Assembly: GCA_030704615.1 (NCBI GenBank)
Contig: CM060733.1
Coordinates: forward strand, 620,001 to 684,000
Source: Takakia lepidozioides
Taxonomy: Eukaryota; Plantae; Bryophyta
Direction of reading: 5' to 3'
Length of the DNA stretch: 64,000 nt
The notes under the pieces are model-generated. The model was not told where the DNA came from. It saw only the letters and a list, made by a program, of their open reading frames with translations, and ran no database searches. A program made the translations under genes and the position numbers. Below, piece by piece: positions 23,822-37,075 of this stretch (the first letter of the stretch is position 1; every line of letters begins with the position of its first letter).

Positions 23822-26800
23822 TCACCAATAATCCCCACAAGAACAGAATCCATTTTGGAAGTGGTGAAAGCGGTTGGAATCCCGTAAAACAATTGCTCGC
23901 CCCACAATCTTTGAAATGAACTTGGTGGCATTGTGGCAGTCACCACATACCCTGAGGTTCTTGATAACACGGATAGGCGTTCCATGAGGTGTGCTGATCA
24001 ACCCAAATGCAATGGCCAGCTTCTCGCTGTGGTGGCCAAGAGAAAATTCCTTTAGCTCCTCCTCAACATTGTGCAACACAAAACTTGTGTCAGGCATGTA
24101 ACCAGCCTCCTTCATTTGTCCAGACAATCTCTTCAGCTCAGCATGAATTTCATTAATTCGTGGATGCAATTTGTCTTCTACAACAAATGCATGCACCTGG
24201 TTGTCCACCTCAATGCAGCTGCGCCCTGGCTCCTTTCTGACACCTCTGTCCTGCATCACTTTTCTCACTTTTGCAGTATCGTCCCACCTGCCAGCAGCAG
24301 CATAGATGTTTGATAGCAGCACATAAGTTGAAGCGCCCTGTGGATCCCACTTTAGAAGGTTTTTTGCTGCACGTTCTGCTACTTGTACATTGCCATGAAG
24401 TCTGCAGGCACCAAGCAAGGCCCGCCACACCGAAGCATTTGCTCCATTTGGCATTTTGTTGATGAAGTTTTCTGCGTCGTCCAATCGCCCTGCACGACCA
24501 AGAATGTCCACCATGCAGCCAAAATGCTCCACTGTAGGAGTGAGGCTATGATCTCGAATCATGGAATCAAACAGGTGATGGCCTTCATCCACTAGGCCTA
24601 CATGGCTACATGCAGAGAGAACACATATAAAGGTGATACCATCTGGCTTCAAGCCTTGTTCTTGCATTTGGTGAAATAGTTGCAGAGCCTCCACACCACA
24701 CCCATGCTGAGAATAGCCAGTGATCATTGCATTCCATGAGACCACTTCTCTTTCAGCCATATTTTCAAACACTTGGCGCGCATCCTGCACGCTCCCACAT
24801 TTCGCATACATGTTGAGAAGAGCATTCTCCAGATTAACATAGGAGTCTATTCCTGCTTTGATGATGTCAGCATGGACCTCCTTGCCCTTTTCTAGGGCTG
24901 CGAGGATCGCACACGCATTGAGAACGCTAATAAATGTGACCTTGTTGGGATTCACCCCTTCCCGTATCATTTGCTCATACATCTCCAAAGCATCCATACC
25001 ACGCCCCTGCTGAGTATATCCCGAAATCATTGCACTCCATGAGATTACATCTCTTTCTGCCATATCGTCAAACAGTTGACGTGCATCCTTTAAGCTCCCA
25101 CATTTGGCATACATGTTAACAAGGCCAGTCTCCAGAATAACATCTGACGTAATTCCTGCTTTGATGATGCCAGCATGGACCTCTTTACCCTTGTCCAAGG
25201 CTACCAGGCTAGCACATACATTCAGAACACAAATGAATGTGACCCTGTCAGGCATCACTCTTTCCTGTAGCATTTGCTCGTAAATCTCAACGGCCTCCAT
25301 ACCAGACCCATGCTGAGCATATCCTGAGATCAGAGCACTCCATGAAATCACATTTCGTTCGGCCATATTGTCAAACACATTACGTGCATCTTGCACACTC
25401 CCGCATTTGGCATACATGTTGATGAGAGTATTCTCCAAGTTAATATATGACGTAACTCCAGCTCTGATAATGTCAGCATGCACCTCTTTGCCCTTTTCAA
25501 GGTCTGCCAGGCTGGCACATGCATTGAGAGCACAAATGAACGTGACTTTGTTGGGCACCACCCCTTCCTGTATCATTTGCTCATAGATCTCGAAAGCCTC
25601 CCCACCACATGCATGCTGAACATATGCTGTGATCATGGCGTTCCATGAGACTACATCTCGTTCAGCCATATCATCAAACACTTGACGTGCATCCCTTAAG
25701 CTCCCGCATTTTGCATACATATGAACAAGGGCATTTTCTAAATTAACAAACGATGCAATTCCAGCTCCGATAATATCAGCATGCACCTCTTTGCCCTTTT
25801 CAAGGACTTCCAGGCTGGCACACGCATTGAGAACACAAAGGAATGTGACTTCATTGGGCGTCACCCCTTCCCGGATCATTTGCTCATACATCTCCAAAGC
25901 CTCCATACCACACCCATGATCGGCATATCCTGCTATCATCGCAGTCCATGAGACCACATTTCGTTGCGCCATACTGTCAAACACAAGACGAGCATCCTTC
26001 ATGCTCCCACATTTGGCATACATGTCCACAAGTGCGGTCTCCAGAATGATATCAGACAGAATTGCGGCTTTGATGATGTCAGCATGAACCTGTTTGCCAT
26101 TTTCCAAGGCTGCTAGGCTGGCACATGCATTGAGAACATAAATGAAGGTGACCTCATTGGGTGTTATCCCTTCCCCTCTCATCTGCTCATAAAGCTCCCA
26201 AGCCTCTACTCCACAGCCATGCTGAGCATATGCTGTGATCATTGTGGTCCATGAAACCACATCTCGTTCAGCCATTTTATCGAACACTTCACGTGCATCG
26301 ATTATGCTCCCGCATTTTGCATACATGTTAACAAGAGCAGTCTCCAAATTATTATATGGAGCAATACCAGCTTTAACAATGTCAGCATGGACCTCTTTGC
26401 CCTTCTCCAGGGATGCAAGACTGGCACACGCATTGAGAGCGCAGATGAATGTGATTTTGTTGGGTGTCACCCCCTCCTGCATCATTTGCTCATATGTCTC
26501 CCAAGCCTCTATACCGCACCCATGCTGAGCATATGCTGTGATCATTGCATTCCATGAGACCACATCTCGTTTAGCCATATCGTCAAAAACTTGACGTGCA
26601 TCCTTCACACTCCCACATTCAGCATACATATTAACAAGGGCATTCTGCAAATTAATGTAAGATGGATTTCCAGTTTTGATGATGTCAGCATGGAGTTCTT
26701 TACCCTTTTCCAGGGATGCCAGGCTGGCACACGCATTGAGAACGCAAATGAATGTGACATTGTCAGGTGTTACACCATCCCGTGACATTTGCTCATACAT

Positions 26801-27514
26801 CTCAAAAGCCTCCATAGCACATCCATGCTGAGCATATCCTGCAGTCAATGAGTTCCACGAGACCACATTCCGGTTGGCCATATTGTCAAACACTCGACGC
26901 GCATCCTTCATGCTTCCACACTTAGCATACATGTTAACAAGGCTATTCTCCAAGTTGATATATGACACACCTCCAGCTTTCATGATATCAGCATGTACCT
27001 CTTTGCCCTTTTCCAGGGCTCCTAGGCTGGCACATGCCTTGAGAATGCAAATGAATGTGACATTGTTGGGTGTCACCCCTCCCTGTTTCATTTTCTGATA
27101 CATCTCGAAAGCCTCCTTACCACACCCATGCTGAGCATACCCTGCCATCATTGTAGTCCATGTAAACACATCTCGTTCAAGCATTTTGTCAAACACTTGT
27201 CGTGCATCCACCAAGCTTCCACACTTGGCATACATGTTGACAAGGGTGTTGAATAAAAAGATATTTGCTTTGAATCCACTTTGGATAATATGGTTGTGCA
27301 CCTGCTTTCCCATTTGAAGGTCTTCAATTTTAATGCACTCACGCAAGAGACAGACGTAAGTGTTAAGTGCCTCTTTCAGTCGTCCTGCCTTACATAGTAT
27401 TGTCACATTTTCATAAGTGCCAGAAGAGCTCTTGGTGATGCCCTCTCTTGCTATTCTTTCAGACAGAGGGGTCATGGTGGAAGTGCCTGATCCAAACAAT
27501 TGTGCCTCATGCAA
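23822..27514 (-). CDS. PLS-class PPR protein with E1-E2-DYW deaminase (organellar C-to-U RNA editing factor); true 5' end may lie in an upstream exon
   Basis: Uninterrupted 1230-codon ORF: L-(S-P-L)x8-S-P2-L2-S2 (29 repeats), PG box PGRSCIE, HSEKLA, CGDCH, terminal CSCGDYW. ORF starts at TTG; first ATG ~27475; possible AG acceptor near 27525. Confidence 0.96.
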   Translation of the reverse strand: MHEAQLFGSGTSTMTPLSERIAREGITKSSSGTYENVTILCKAGRLKEALNTYVCLLRECIKIEDLQMGKQVHNHIIQSGFKANIFLFNTLVNMYAKCGSLVDARQVFDKMLERDVFTWTTMMAGYAQHGCGKEAFEMYQKMKQGGVTPNNVTFICILKACASLGALEKGKEVHADIMKAGGVSYINLENSLVNMYAKCGSMKDARRVFDNMANRNVVSWNSLTAGYAQHGCAMEAFEMYEQMSRDGVTPDNVTFICVLNACASLASLEKGKELHADIIKTGNPSYINLQNALVNMYAECGSVKDARQVFDDMAKRDVVSWNAMITAYAQHGCGIEAWETYEQMMQEGVTPNKITFICALNACASLASLEKGKEVHADIVKAGIAPYNNLETALVNMYAKCGSIIDAREVFDKMAERDVVSWTTMITAYAQHGCGVEAWELYEQMRGEGITPNEVTFIYVLNACASLAALENGKQVHADIIKAAILSDIILETALVDMYAKCGSMKDARLVFDSMAQRNVVSWTAMIAGYADHGCGMEALEMYEQMIREGVTPNEVTFLCVLNACASLEVLEKGKEVHADIIGAGIASFVNLENALVHMYAKCGSLRDARQVFDDMAERDVVSWNAMITAYVQHACGGEAFEIYEQMIQEGVVPNKVTFICALNACASLADLEKGKEVHADIIRAGVTSYINLENTLINMYAKCGSVQDARNVFDNMAERNVISWSALISGYAQHGSGMEAVEIYEQMLQERVMPDRVTFICVLNVCASLVALDKGKEVHAGIIKAGITSDVILETGLVNMYAKCGSLKDARQLFDDMAERDVISWSAMISGYTQQGRGMDALEMYEQMIREGVNPNKVTFISVLNACAILAALEKGKEVHADIIKAGIDSYVNLENALLNMYAKCGSVQDARQVFENMAEREVVSWNAMITGYSQHGCGVEALQLFHQMQEQGLKPDGITFICVLSACSHVGLVDEGHHLFDSMIRDHSLTPTVEHFGCMVDILGRAGRLDDAENFINKMPNGANASVWRALLGACRLHGNVQVAERAAKNLLKWDPQGASTYVLLSNIYAAAGRWDDTAKVRKVMQDRGVRKEPGRSCIEVDNQVHAFVVEDKLHPRINEIHAELKRLSGQMKEAGYMPDTSFVLHNVEEELKEFSLGHHSEKLAIAFGLISTPHGTPIRVIKNLRVCGDCHNATKFISKIVGRAIVLRDSNRFHHFQNGFCSCGDYW

Positions 27515-30509
27515 CCCTGCCCTCCTGCATGACTCAAAACTCGTAGTTAGAAACTGTTTCTACTAAGTCTCAAAGCTCAGTAATTGATTTGAAGCAAAAC
27601 CAACTCATGATGCCCGGCTTGTTCCTACATGTTGGCAGGGTAACAAATATACTGCAGGAGAAAAAACAGTACCAATCAATGTTTGAGATGGGACCCTTGA
27701 ATCATCATCAAAACAATACCCGGAGTATGCTCGGCCTGGAGCTCCATGTTTGACATAAAAACCATAACCAGATTGTGCTCGCCCTGGTACCATGGCAGCT
27801 AGGGCTGCTTTCACTCGAGGACTATCTGACCAATCCTCAATCCAGAGGGCCTTGATTGTGCTCTTCTGTCTGAAGTCTGATGAACTGGGACTTTTCTGTA
27901 AGAACCACCAGGGACATTTGAGGACAGGACAGACATCAAAGCATCTTTTGAATAACAAGAAGCAAACCTACTTTCAGCCTCATAGACACAGTCAGAACTG
28001 ATTTTGCTTATTTTTGCCACAAACACATATATTGGGGGACTGGAGATACAATCTGCTCCACAAAACATCATCATGTCAGCTTCAGCCACAAGCCCTCTTT
28101 GAAAACTGGCTCATGTCCTAAACAAAGAGTCTCACCGCATCAAACCTGTTGTCCAACCACTCTGAACGATCTGAGAAGAACTCCCAGAGTTGCTCTTTGC
28201 ACTTTGCTTGACCTGTGTCAAGAACTAGAAGACCATGAGAATTCGGCAGCATTTGGGTCTTATTGTGCAAGGCTTGTCTATAGCCACAAGGCTATGGCAA
28301 ACAACACCTCATGAGAACATTCTCTTTGTGTCAAGCATGTTTGAGGCTCGAGAACTGCTGAAAGCTATGACTCTCTTTGGTCAAGAATTGGATTTGTGCC
28401 TGAAGATGATGCTTTCTGACAAAAATCAGAGAAGCCATAATCACTATCCTTCTCAATGTTAGTACTACCACTGGAGCAACCCTTCTATCACCATCATGCC
28501 CAAACATCAGGATTAGGAAATCCCTCCTCCAAGCTAGGTGAGCTAGTTGTAACAGGTGGCAGCCTACTCATTGTTTGAAATTCAGCCCAATGCCAGGGTG
28601 TGAGGGCAACTGGCATGTTCCTTGTCTGAAACTTGATCATCAAAGGCCAAACAAAGAGTGACTTACCACACTTTCTCTTGTTTGCTCCACAGTCCGTTAT
28701 CCTGAGAACCTAGTTACTTCTTTAAGTAGGTGGGGAAGAGAGATTCATCCAGTCTGCTCTCCATGACCTTGAGGCCACAGACCTCATGACAATTTGGAGG
28801 GAGCAGGAAGAGTAGAGAAAGGTAACCTGAATTCTCTGATTCCACAAAGCCTGACGTGCTCACAACCATCTGTCTCCCACATGACATTAGCCTACACATC
28901 AGACCCTCCCACTTGCATCCCACACCCCACGACTCGGCAATGTACTACACTACTGACCACTCCCAAACCTCCCAACAACCATCCCACAGGCAAAGAGATA
29001 TCAACCAAGACCAACCACCTTTGCAGTTTACTTCCACAACATTGTATTCACTGAGCATACTGCTCTATGCAGAGCCGAAAGGCCAATGGCGTGATGTTGC
29101 AGGGAGAGAAATCTGCAGAAGGACTCCTACGAGTAAGCAGAATGAATGCAGAACAACAGAACACAATGCTCTTCCTACTCTAAACTGCTTGACATGAGGC
29201 AGACTCTTCCAAAACCCTCCAGTTGGGCTGCAGATGTGAGGTTAAAGGATAAATCAATGTAAGCACTGACCTTGGCAATTTGTTGAGAACTGTACTTTTT
29301 GTTGACATAAGCGTCCAGGACCAGACGCAGTGCAACATTGATCCCTTCCCCTTGCTTCACATGGTGCCCTACACTCTCAGCCAGGGTATTCCAAATCTCA
29401 GACTCCGACCTGCCATCCCAAAATAAACTTAGCAACTGTCTATGTGCCATTGCGACTGAAAATCGAAGTTCAACAAATGTAGTTTGTAATACAAATTTCC
29501 ACCTGCGCAACTATCACTAGGAAGGCACCTTTAGCCCTCATAATTTGAACGATGCACCCATGCATCCATAGTCCCTCCCAGCTACTGCGGCTACCTGGAA
29601 TGACTGCACTCTTTCCTCTACAAACCGACATTAGAACCATGATGTGTTGCACCCCACTGACTAAGAAGAAGCACTGACGCCCGCTGTGTTACAAATTTCC
29701 GTGCTGAAACTGACCGTGTGACGACCCATTTGTCTCCAACTCCAGGCAGCCTCCATGATCATCTTCCCGTAAACCATCTCTCCTCAGCCACCGGTGCGTA
29801 CTACCCGCAATTGGCTTAGAAGTGTTTGAACAAATCTCAATGCAATGCGCTTTTGAAATATACGGAGGGAAGTAGAGAGTGTACGGCTCGCACCTTCTTG
29901 AAACACCCAGCAGAGGGCCTCGGGGAAGCTTGGGAGGCCATCCCAAGATACCTCGATGACGTGCCTGGATGGAGGCGCCGAAGGTCAGGAGGCAGCGGCG
30001 CAAGGCAGGCATGCCCCCTACCCGTGCCACCAGCTTACTGTGTCCCTTGACATTGCTTCCATCTCTTCAACCCAAATCCCGACATCCCTTCTCGTTCTGC
30101 CACAACATGCAAAATGGAGGCAGCAACAAAAGAACCCACCTCGATTCTGTGGGGAAATTTCAAGCTATCAACTCGCTGCATCGATCGGAAGCCTTGCAGA
30201 TACATCGAGTTGGTGTTCTTCTTCCCACACCCACTGATCCACCGCCCTTGTTCATATTCCAGGATCTTCCTCTCGAACATTTGCATTCCTGCGTACTTTG
30301 CATGGCAGGAAGGTCCGTGGGATCCATGTTTTGAAGCCAATCAACATGACATCTTCGAGCCCAAACATTTATTTATCTCTGCCGTGGGATTACCTCCATG
30401 CTGGTAACATCTCTAGGAGAATTTCTGCGGCATGACGAGCATACTGGGTGTGATACTTGTGTGTTGGATGCGAAGCCTTGCCAACTTGGCCGTTTGGTGT
30501 GAGCAACCC

Positions 30510-33297
30510 ATGGATTCTTTGCTCGGCAGCGTCAAGCATTCTGTGTTGGATGGGCTTAAGAACTTGGCGCTGGAGGTGCTGCATGCAGCTGAGGATCAGT
30601 CCCAGCAGGCTCAACCCAACAACGACGGATCGCAGGGTGTACCCGGCTATGAGTCAGCGTCTGAAACTAGGCGTCACTCTGAGTCTGCACCTGGCTATGA
30701 GAGCCAGAATGCACGCTGGCAGGGAGATGATAACCCACAAGGCAGCTCCTGGGCTCAGGTCTGTCTTTTCCTTCCTTCCTGGTTAGTACCTGTCTTTGTA
30801 GGATTGTCATGTGCATTTCTGGCGATATGCGAAAGACATGTCAGATAGGTAGGGAGACGATAATGCTTTGGGGGATTTCCTTGTGTCCGGGGGTGTTAAT
30901 GCCCTTGAAATTGGGGCGTGTATGAGTGCAGGGATGCCGTGCAGAGAGAGAGAGAGAGGAAGAGAGAGTCCGTGGTGATTCTACTTAGTGGAGAAAGAGA
31001 TAGGAAGTGGGTCTCCGCAGATGTAATAGTTGGAAATTCTTTCGGAGCTGGGGAGTGCCATAAGTCTAGCATTTCTTCACAGTCTCTCCCCTACCAAGAA
31101 TCACGTGGTGGTGCTACTTCTGAGAGAGCAAGAGGAAAGCAAGTAACTTAATAATGTGCACCCCAGCCTCAAAGAGAGAGGGTCCAATGTGTGCAGGTCG
31201 CAGGAAGGCCAAGTGAAGAGGATGGCAGCTGGCAGACCACAGGTCGCCAGCGCCGTCCAGGCCCTTGTGGACTGCAGCCAGAAGAGAACGATAGCCGGCA
31301 GAGCGGGCTCCATCCACGTCCAGATGAAGGACAGCAGCAGCATTACAAGAAACATGCCAGTGATCAACAGTATGCCTCACATGTGGGTTCTGTCGATGTG
31401 AACCCCACAAGGGAGGAGCTTGATGACATTTCCATGGCGTGCAGCCGGCTTTGGAAATTGGACCTGAACTGTCTGACTCCTGGTCAAGACTATGAGATTG
31501 ATTGTGGAGAGGGAAGGAAGATTTACAACAAGGAAGACATAACAGGCAACTCTCTCTTCCGTTTCCTGGATCAACAGGTGTTTAGACGACCCACCTTTGC
31601 TCGCTTTTATGCACTCCTAAACAACTACCATGCAGATTCAGCAGTTAGGGAGCAGTTGACTGCAGAAGACAAACAGGAGCAAATTGCATTCATTGAGGAG
31701 ATAAGCCGGACAGCACCAATGCAGTATGTACGCAACTACCTTGCAGTGAAGAACATTTTGACTGGCAACATGGAAGAGTTCAAGGAAACTCTGCAATCCT
31801 TGTGGTTCAAATTTTATGGTAGAGGTGGCACGCACGATGCCTCGTCAGCATTCGAGCATGTTTTTGTAGGAGAAATCAAGGAAGGGCAGAATCGAGAGGA
31901 GGTGTCAGGTTTTCATAATTGGATTCAGGTACCATATACAATAGCCACAGACTGACCCTGTGGCAGAAATGTGTTTATCTGTCTCATCTCTTGAAGTCTC
32001 TTAACTTACTGGTGCACATGTCTATTTACCGGTGCAATGCAGTGCTTCACATGCTCTCTCTTCACCACCTTTTTCTTACAAGGAGCAGAGAGCATCTTCA
32101 AGCTCCATTACCCCCCAAAGGGAGCAGTAGGTGAAGTTCTCCTAGTTACGCAGGCTACAGCTGGAGTCTCTCTCTCTCTCTCTCTCTCTCTCTTTGAAGT
32201 TGGTCTGACGAGAAATGTCCTCTGTCTTACCAGTTCTATGTGGAGGAATCAAAGGGGACTTTGAACTATCAAGGCTACATTCTTCCTCGAAGGCACAGTG
32301 GACAAGCAGTGAGTGCATCTGTTCTATTTTCTGGATCTTTGAAATGGTTTTTGAGTCCTTACCTTGTAGCTAGTGTTGCATTCTATATGGGTGTTAGGGT
32401 CCAAATGTTCTATGTAGTCTAAATAAGAAGACCAATTTGAGATTTTCCCAAACAATATAACGCATGTATATCTCTATATCTCTCTCTTATCCAGATTGCT
32501 GATACACTGTCCGGGGTTCTCTCACCAAAGAGACACTCTCTTCAAATCTATTAAGGGAATTGTGCCTGTACCCCTGTTTACCAACTTTGAAAGTCTCGAG
32601 GCTGAGCCAAAAGCCCAGGCCCTCCTGAGGCCTAGTTTTTGGGCAAATCACACACAGCAGATTGATGCTTGTGTGAAGGGATTTCTAGAGGATATCTGGA
32701 AAACCCGGATTAATTCTTTATATGGAGGTAAGTCTTACTACCAACGTCAGCCCCTGACAGAGGTAGGTTCTGTCCCTTTTGTTCCCGCTCAAACTGGGCG
32801 CGGGGTCAATGGCCACAAGGCTACGGCAAACAACGTCTTATGAGTACAATCTTATCCAGATTGCTTTCCGGTTTGTTCCAGAAGCTCATGGAAGAATAGG
32901 TAGCAGTAGCTTCTGTTTGTCGGTTCTAGTTGCACATAGTAAGCTAATCTAACTTCTCTTCCTCTCAATTAATCCACTTGTCTAGGTGGACAGGTTGGGT
33001 TGGGGTCCAAGTAGTTGCAGATTTTTTATCAATGGATGGGATGGTGGGATCGGTGTGCAGCCAGATGCACATTCACAACTACTCACGATCCAGTTTGATT
33101 GGAAAGGTATTCGGAAAGATGAAAGCAGCACTCTCGTGGGTGTGAGCCCTGAGTTTGAGGTTGCACTCTACACGCTCTGCTTCTTCGCAGGGCAGGAAGA
33201 CAACTATGTGCACCTGGGCCCATATAAAGTGAATGTAAAGTGCTATCGGTTGGGTCAAGATAAGATTGGCTCTGCATTTCCCATTGCTTTAGATTAA
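30510..33297 (+). CDS. ENDOU: Poly(U)-specific endoribonuclease, EndoU/XendoU family; exons 30510-30758, 31197-31928, 32234-32308, 33061-33297 (~430 aa)
   Basis: LWKLDLN, SSAFEHVFVGEIK, SGFHNWIQFYVEE, GVSPEFEVALYTLCF, IGSAFP. All introns are GT-AG, phase 0, and the exons join in frame. Confidence 0.92.
32501..32849 (+). mobile_element. 5'-truncated LINE (RTE/RTEX-like 3' end) in EndoU intron 3
   Basis: 16-bp TSD tcttatccagattgct (32485-32500 / 32850-32865); encodes a HCPGFSHQR...FLEDIWKTR LINE C-terminus. Confidence 0.8.
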
Positions 33298-33885
33298 GTC
33301 ATTCTTTGTCACCTGGAAAATAGCCAGATTCGAGTTGCTGGCGACATTAATGTCTTTGTCTTGTCAAGCATTTGAAGCCTCACAAGCTCTAACGCAAGCA
33401 TTATCCAATTGGTGCAAGATTTACTTCTAGATGGTACCTTGTTCATAGCTAGAAGTTTTGAATCTGTCTCCACGTGGAAGTTGAATTTTGGGTTGCTTGC
33501 TATATGCCTATGGATATGCTTGCACATGACAGGTTTAATATTCTGACACCAAGGTCCCATGCATGCTTCAACCTGTGTCCACCATGGCACATAAAATGCA
33601 AGTGCTATATCTGCTTCTAATCACCTCCATAAATTTTGAGATCTTGCATTGCTTCTTGTAATCTGTATAAAACATCTGGGAAGGTTATCACTGACTTCAC
33701 AGCTGCGGTGAGATATTCGTACCCCACTCCTGATTGTCACAAAGGGCAGCTGACAGACAGTGAAGAACTGCCACATCCAGTTCCAGTCTACCCTTTGGTC
33801 ACAAAGAATAGCAAAAGAATAACAAATGATGACCTTTCTGTCCGACCCTTTGAAGTCTCACTTCTTTTTCACTAATGTTAATTAT

Positions 33886-34460
33886 TCACCACATGAACAA
33901 ACCCCATCTTTGAAGTGGTGAAAACTGTTTGCATCCCCAACAACAACAGCTCTTTGAGATGAACTTGGGTGGCTGTGTGGCAATCACAACACACCCCAAG
34001 GTTCTTGATGTGATGAATAGGCATAGCAGGAGGGTGCTAATGATTCCAAAGGCAGTGGCCAGCGTCTCACTGTGGTGGCAAAGAGAAGACTCCTCTTGTT
34101 CTTCCTCCAGCTCATGCAACACAAAACGCGTACCAGGGACATACCTGGCACATCCTCTTCAGCTCAGCACGGATTTCCTCAACCGCTGTCCTCCATCTTT
34201 CTCACCTTTGCTTTATCGTCCCACCTGCCAGCTGAAGCATAGATGTTTGACAGCAGCAGGGTGCAGGGTGGTGTGGATCCGACTTAAGAAGGCCTTTTGC
34301 TGCACTCTCTTCTGGATTCAAATCGCTGTGAACTCTACATGCACCAAAGCAAGGCCCCCGCCACACTGATGGACCTGCTTTGATTGGCAAGTTGTCTGCC
34401 CCATCCAACTGCCCTAATGGTGCCACGATCTGGACTCATGGAGTGATGGCCTTCATCCGC
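33886..34460 (-). pseudogene. Decayed E/DYW domain fragment
   Basis: [38 protein letters not shown], with frameshifts. Confidence 0.85.
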
Positions 34461-35628
34461 CGGGCAGATTTGCTGCCGGCCCCGCCTTAATCCTGCCCCG
34501 GCCCGCCTTAATCCTGCCTCTTGCCCCGCACTTTTTTCCAATTATATCGGACCCGCCAACCACGCTACATTAAACTTGTGAGTTATTTGGGAGTTAATGC
34601 GATATGATGTCCTCGATCAACGTGCTCAAATCGTGGTGGAGCCGGCAGGATAGTCCTATGCACAGGACCAAAAATACGGGGCTGATATGCTGGAAAAGTG
34701 GGCTGATCCGCCCCTAACACTGCTTCCCGCGCTGATAGCGATATTCGCCCCCGCGCGATCGCTCAGCCTGTGAGCTGATCCGCCGGATAAAAGTAGATGA
34801 AAAAAAAAACCTTTTAGATGAAAAACAAAAGTTAGTTTTCATGTTAAAACAAAGCGGCTAGTCACGTAATGGCTCCACCCTAAAACTCATAGTAGTAAAT
34901 TTCCTTAAAATGTTATATTGAAATAACATAATTACATATTCAAGCTATATTTTAAACATATTGTACATAAAATGAAAATTTATTTACTTTTTTTATTTAT
35001 AAATAAAGCCAGGTATTTATTTATAAATTTGGTATGAGTTAAATATTGATGTATAATATTACGAAACTGATATTTGGATTTACTAATTATACTTGGTTTA
35101 AAGTCTGTAGAGCCTTTTCCAATCACAAATGGCATCCGATCCAGACAGAAACTGCACACAAAACATATGCAGCCAAATATTATGTTCATAACGGGACCAA
35201 ATGCCTAAGGTACTGTCCCTTATCAACTGCTTAGGCATTTTTGCGCCTAATAATTATTAAAAACCAAACATACTGCTTAGGCACGTTTCTCAAACCATTT
35301 CACACATTAGGCATCTTCATGCTACAATTTTTTTGAGTTAGGCACATGAGAAGAGAAAACAATTATTTTCTTAAGAATAAAAATACAAAATAGAAACCCA
35401 ATGCCCATGGCCCCTTGTCCCATGCCAACAGGCCCAGCTCAAATGTCCTCCAAGCTTGCACCTAGCCGGCCCGCCTCATGAGTCCATACTCCATTAGGTT
35501 TCCGTAGGATTTGTAGGAAGTTATTTCCACACGCATATATTTGTATTGATTTTTGTTCAATGAAATTTTCATCTTATTACAAACAACATGAGAAGAGGCT
35601 TGCAAGTTTTTTACTGCAATTTTTAGGC

Positions 35629-37075
35629 ATTAGGCACTTTGGTCCCATAGTTTCCGAACAATTATGCCAAAATCTGAAAAATTCCCAAAACGTGTTAGGC
35701 ACTTTCATTTTGAATTAATTATAGCCTATACCGTTGATAAGGGACCCTAATACAGGCTATTCCTACATCAATTTGATAAATCAAAGAAATTACAATGCTT
35801 TATCCATCACTCAGAATGGAAAATTCAAGGCACTGAAAACTTGGCTACGTGAATTCTTGCCCGAGTTCACCCAGCGGATGAGTCCGCAGATTTCATCCGC
35901 CTATGTGCGTGGTCGTCCGCCCCCACATCTGCTGGGTCCCACAGGGCTGATCTGCTGGCTGATCAGCCCTGCCCGCCCGGTCATGTGCGTAGTACTACAC
36001 GCAGAGACAAGAGATTAGAACGTTGTACCATTCGGCCTCAAGCTTTCTGGCTGAAATAGTAGGGCGAGACGGGTGGGTTCGAATCGGTTACCGGACATAA
36101 CCGGGTTTTTGAAACATCGAGATTGACAGGCTATACCCTCTAGTGGGGGTTGGTATCCTGGGGCCAAGCGGGGAAAAAAACAAGTGTGAGCATGATCCAC
36201 GGTTATAGGGGTAATATGTTTGCAAACAGGGTGTTGCAGAGTTTTTTTTTTTTAATTCGGAAAATAGCACGAGTGGCTACAGAGTTTTGCAAAAATTAGG
36301 CATATATTCTCTTCATCCATTCAAATTAGGACAGAATCATCCACATCCATACTTTTCATCCATTCATATCATCCATATTTGGTGAATTCATCCATAATTT
36401 GTTTTTTGAGAAATTTGGCGATTTCATCCATGAAAAAATATGGAATTTGCTATGGAATATTTTTTTTCTATTTTTTGAGGTCGCCATTTGGCGAAAACTC
36501 GCCAAAAACAAAATGTTGGGGTGTTGTTATATTAATAGGATCCATTACATGGTCTATGGGTATATTTTAGCTAAAACCCTTTGTAAAACACGAATATTTA
36601 ATAATGAAACATTACTTTTACTATGATGGTACCTATTACAGACAACAGTATTTCACTAGCGAAACTACTTCAAAATTTGTGCTCACGCAAGCACTGTGAG
36701 TTTCGTTGGCGAAACAAAAAAAACGAAAATAAGACAGATAGTTTCATATCAGCACAAATTTTACAGTAGTTTCGTAATTTTGTCGCGAACGTATTTTTTT
36801 GTTTCGTTGTAGCATATTCTCAGGATATTTATGGAATCTACAAAATATTCTAATTTGTTTGCGTGGGTATGCTCACATGCTACCCAACCTCTCGAGTAAT
36901 ATGATGGTGTGTTGTTGGTAATGATTTGGTGCTCTACCTACTTTCCTTCTTCCTTTTGCCATACCCCTCTAGCCTGTTAGGCGATAATTAATTCAAATTC
37001 AAAGTGCCTAACGCATTTGGGAAATCTTCAAATTGCGGCCTAATTGCTTGGAAACTATGGGACAAAAGTGCTTAA
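35629..37075. repeat. Two inverted ~100-bp copies of a DNA-transposon-like terminus (35629-35729 and 36978-37075)
   Basis: taggc.ataattaattcaaa..aaagtgcctaac...ggaaactatgggac.aaagtgc is present in both orientations. Confidence 0.65.

Noticed and set aside
24071-27342. Antisense and alternate-frame ORFs over the PPR gene (likewise over gag-pol)
   Set aside because: Shadow ORFs of real coding sequence.
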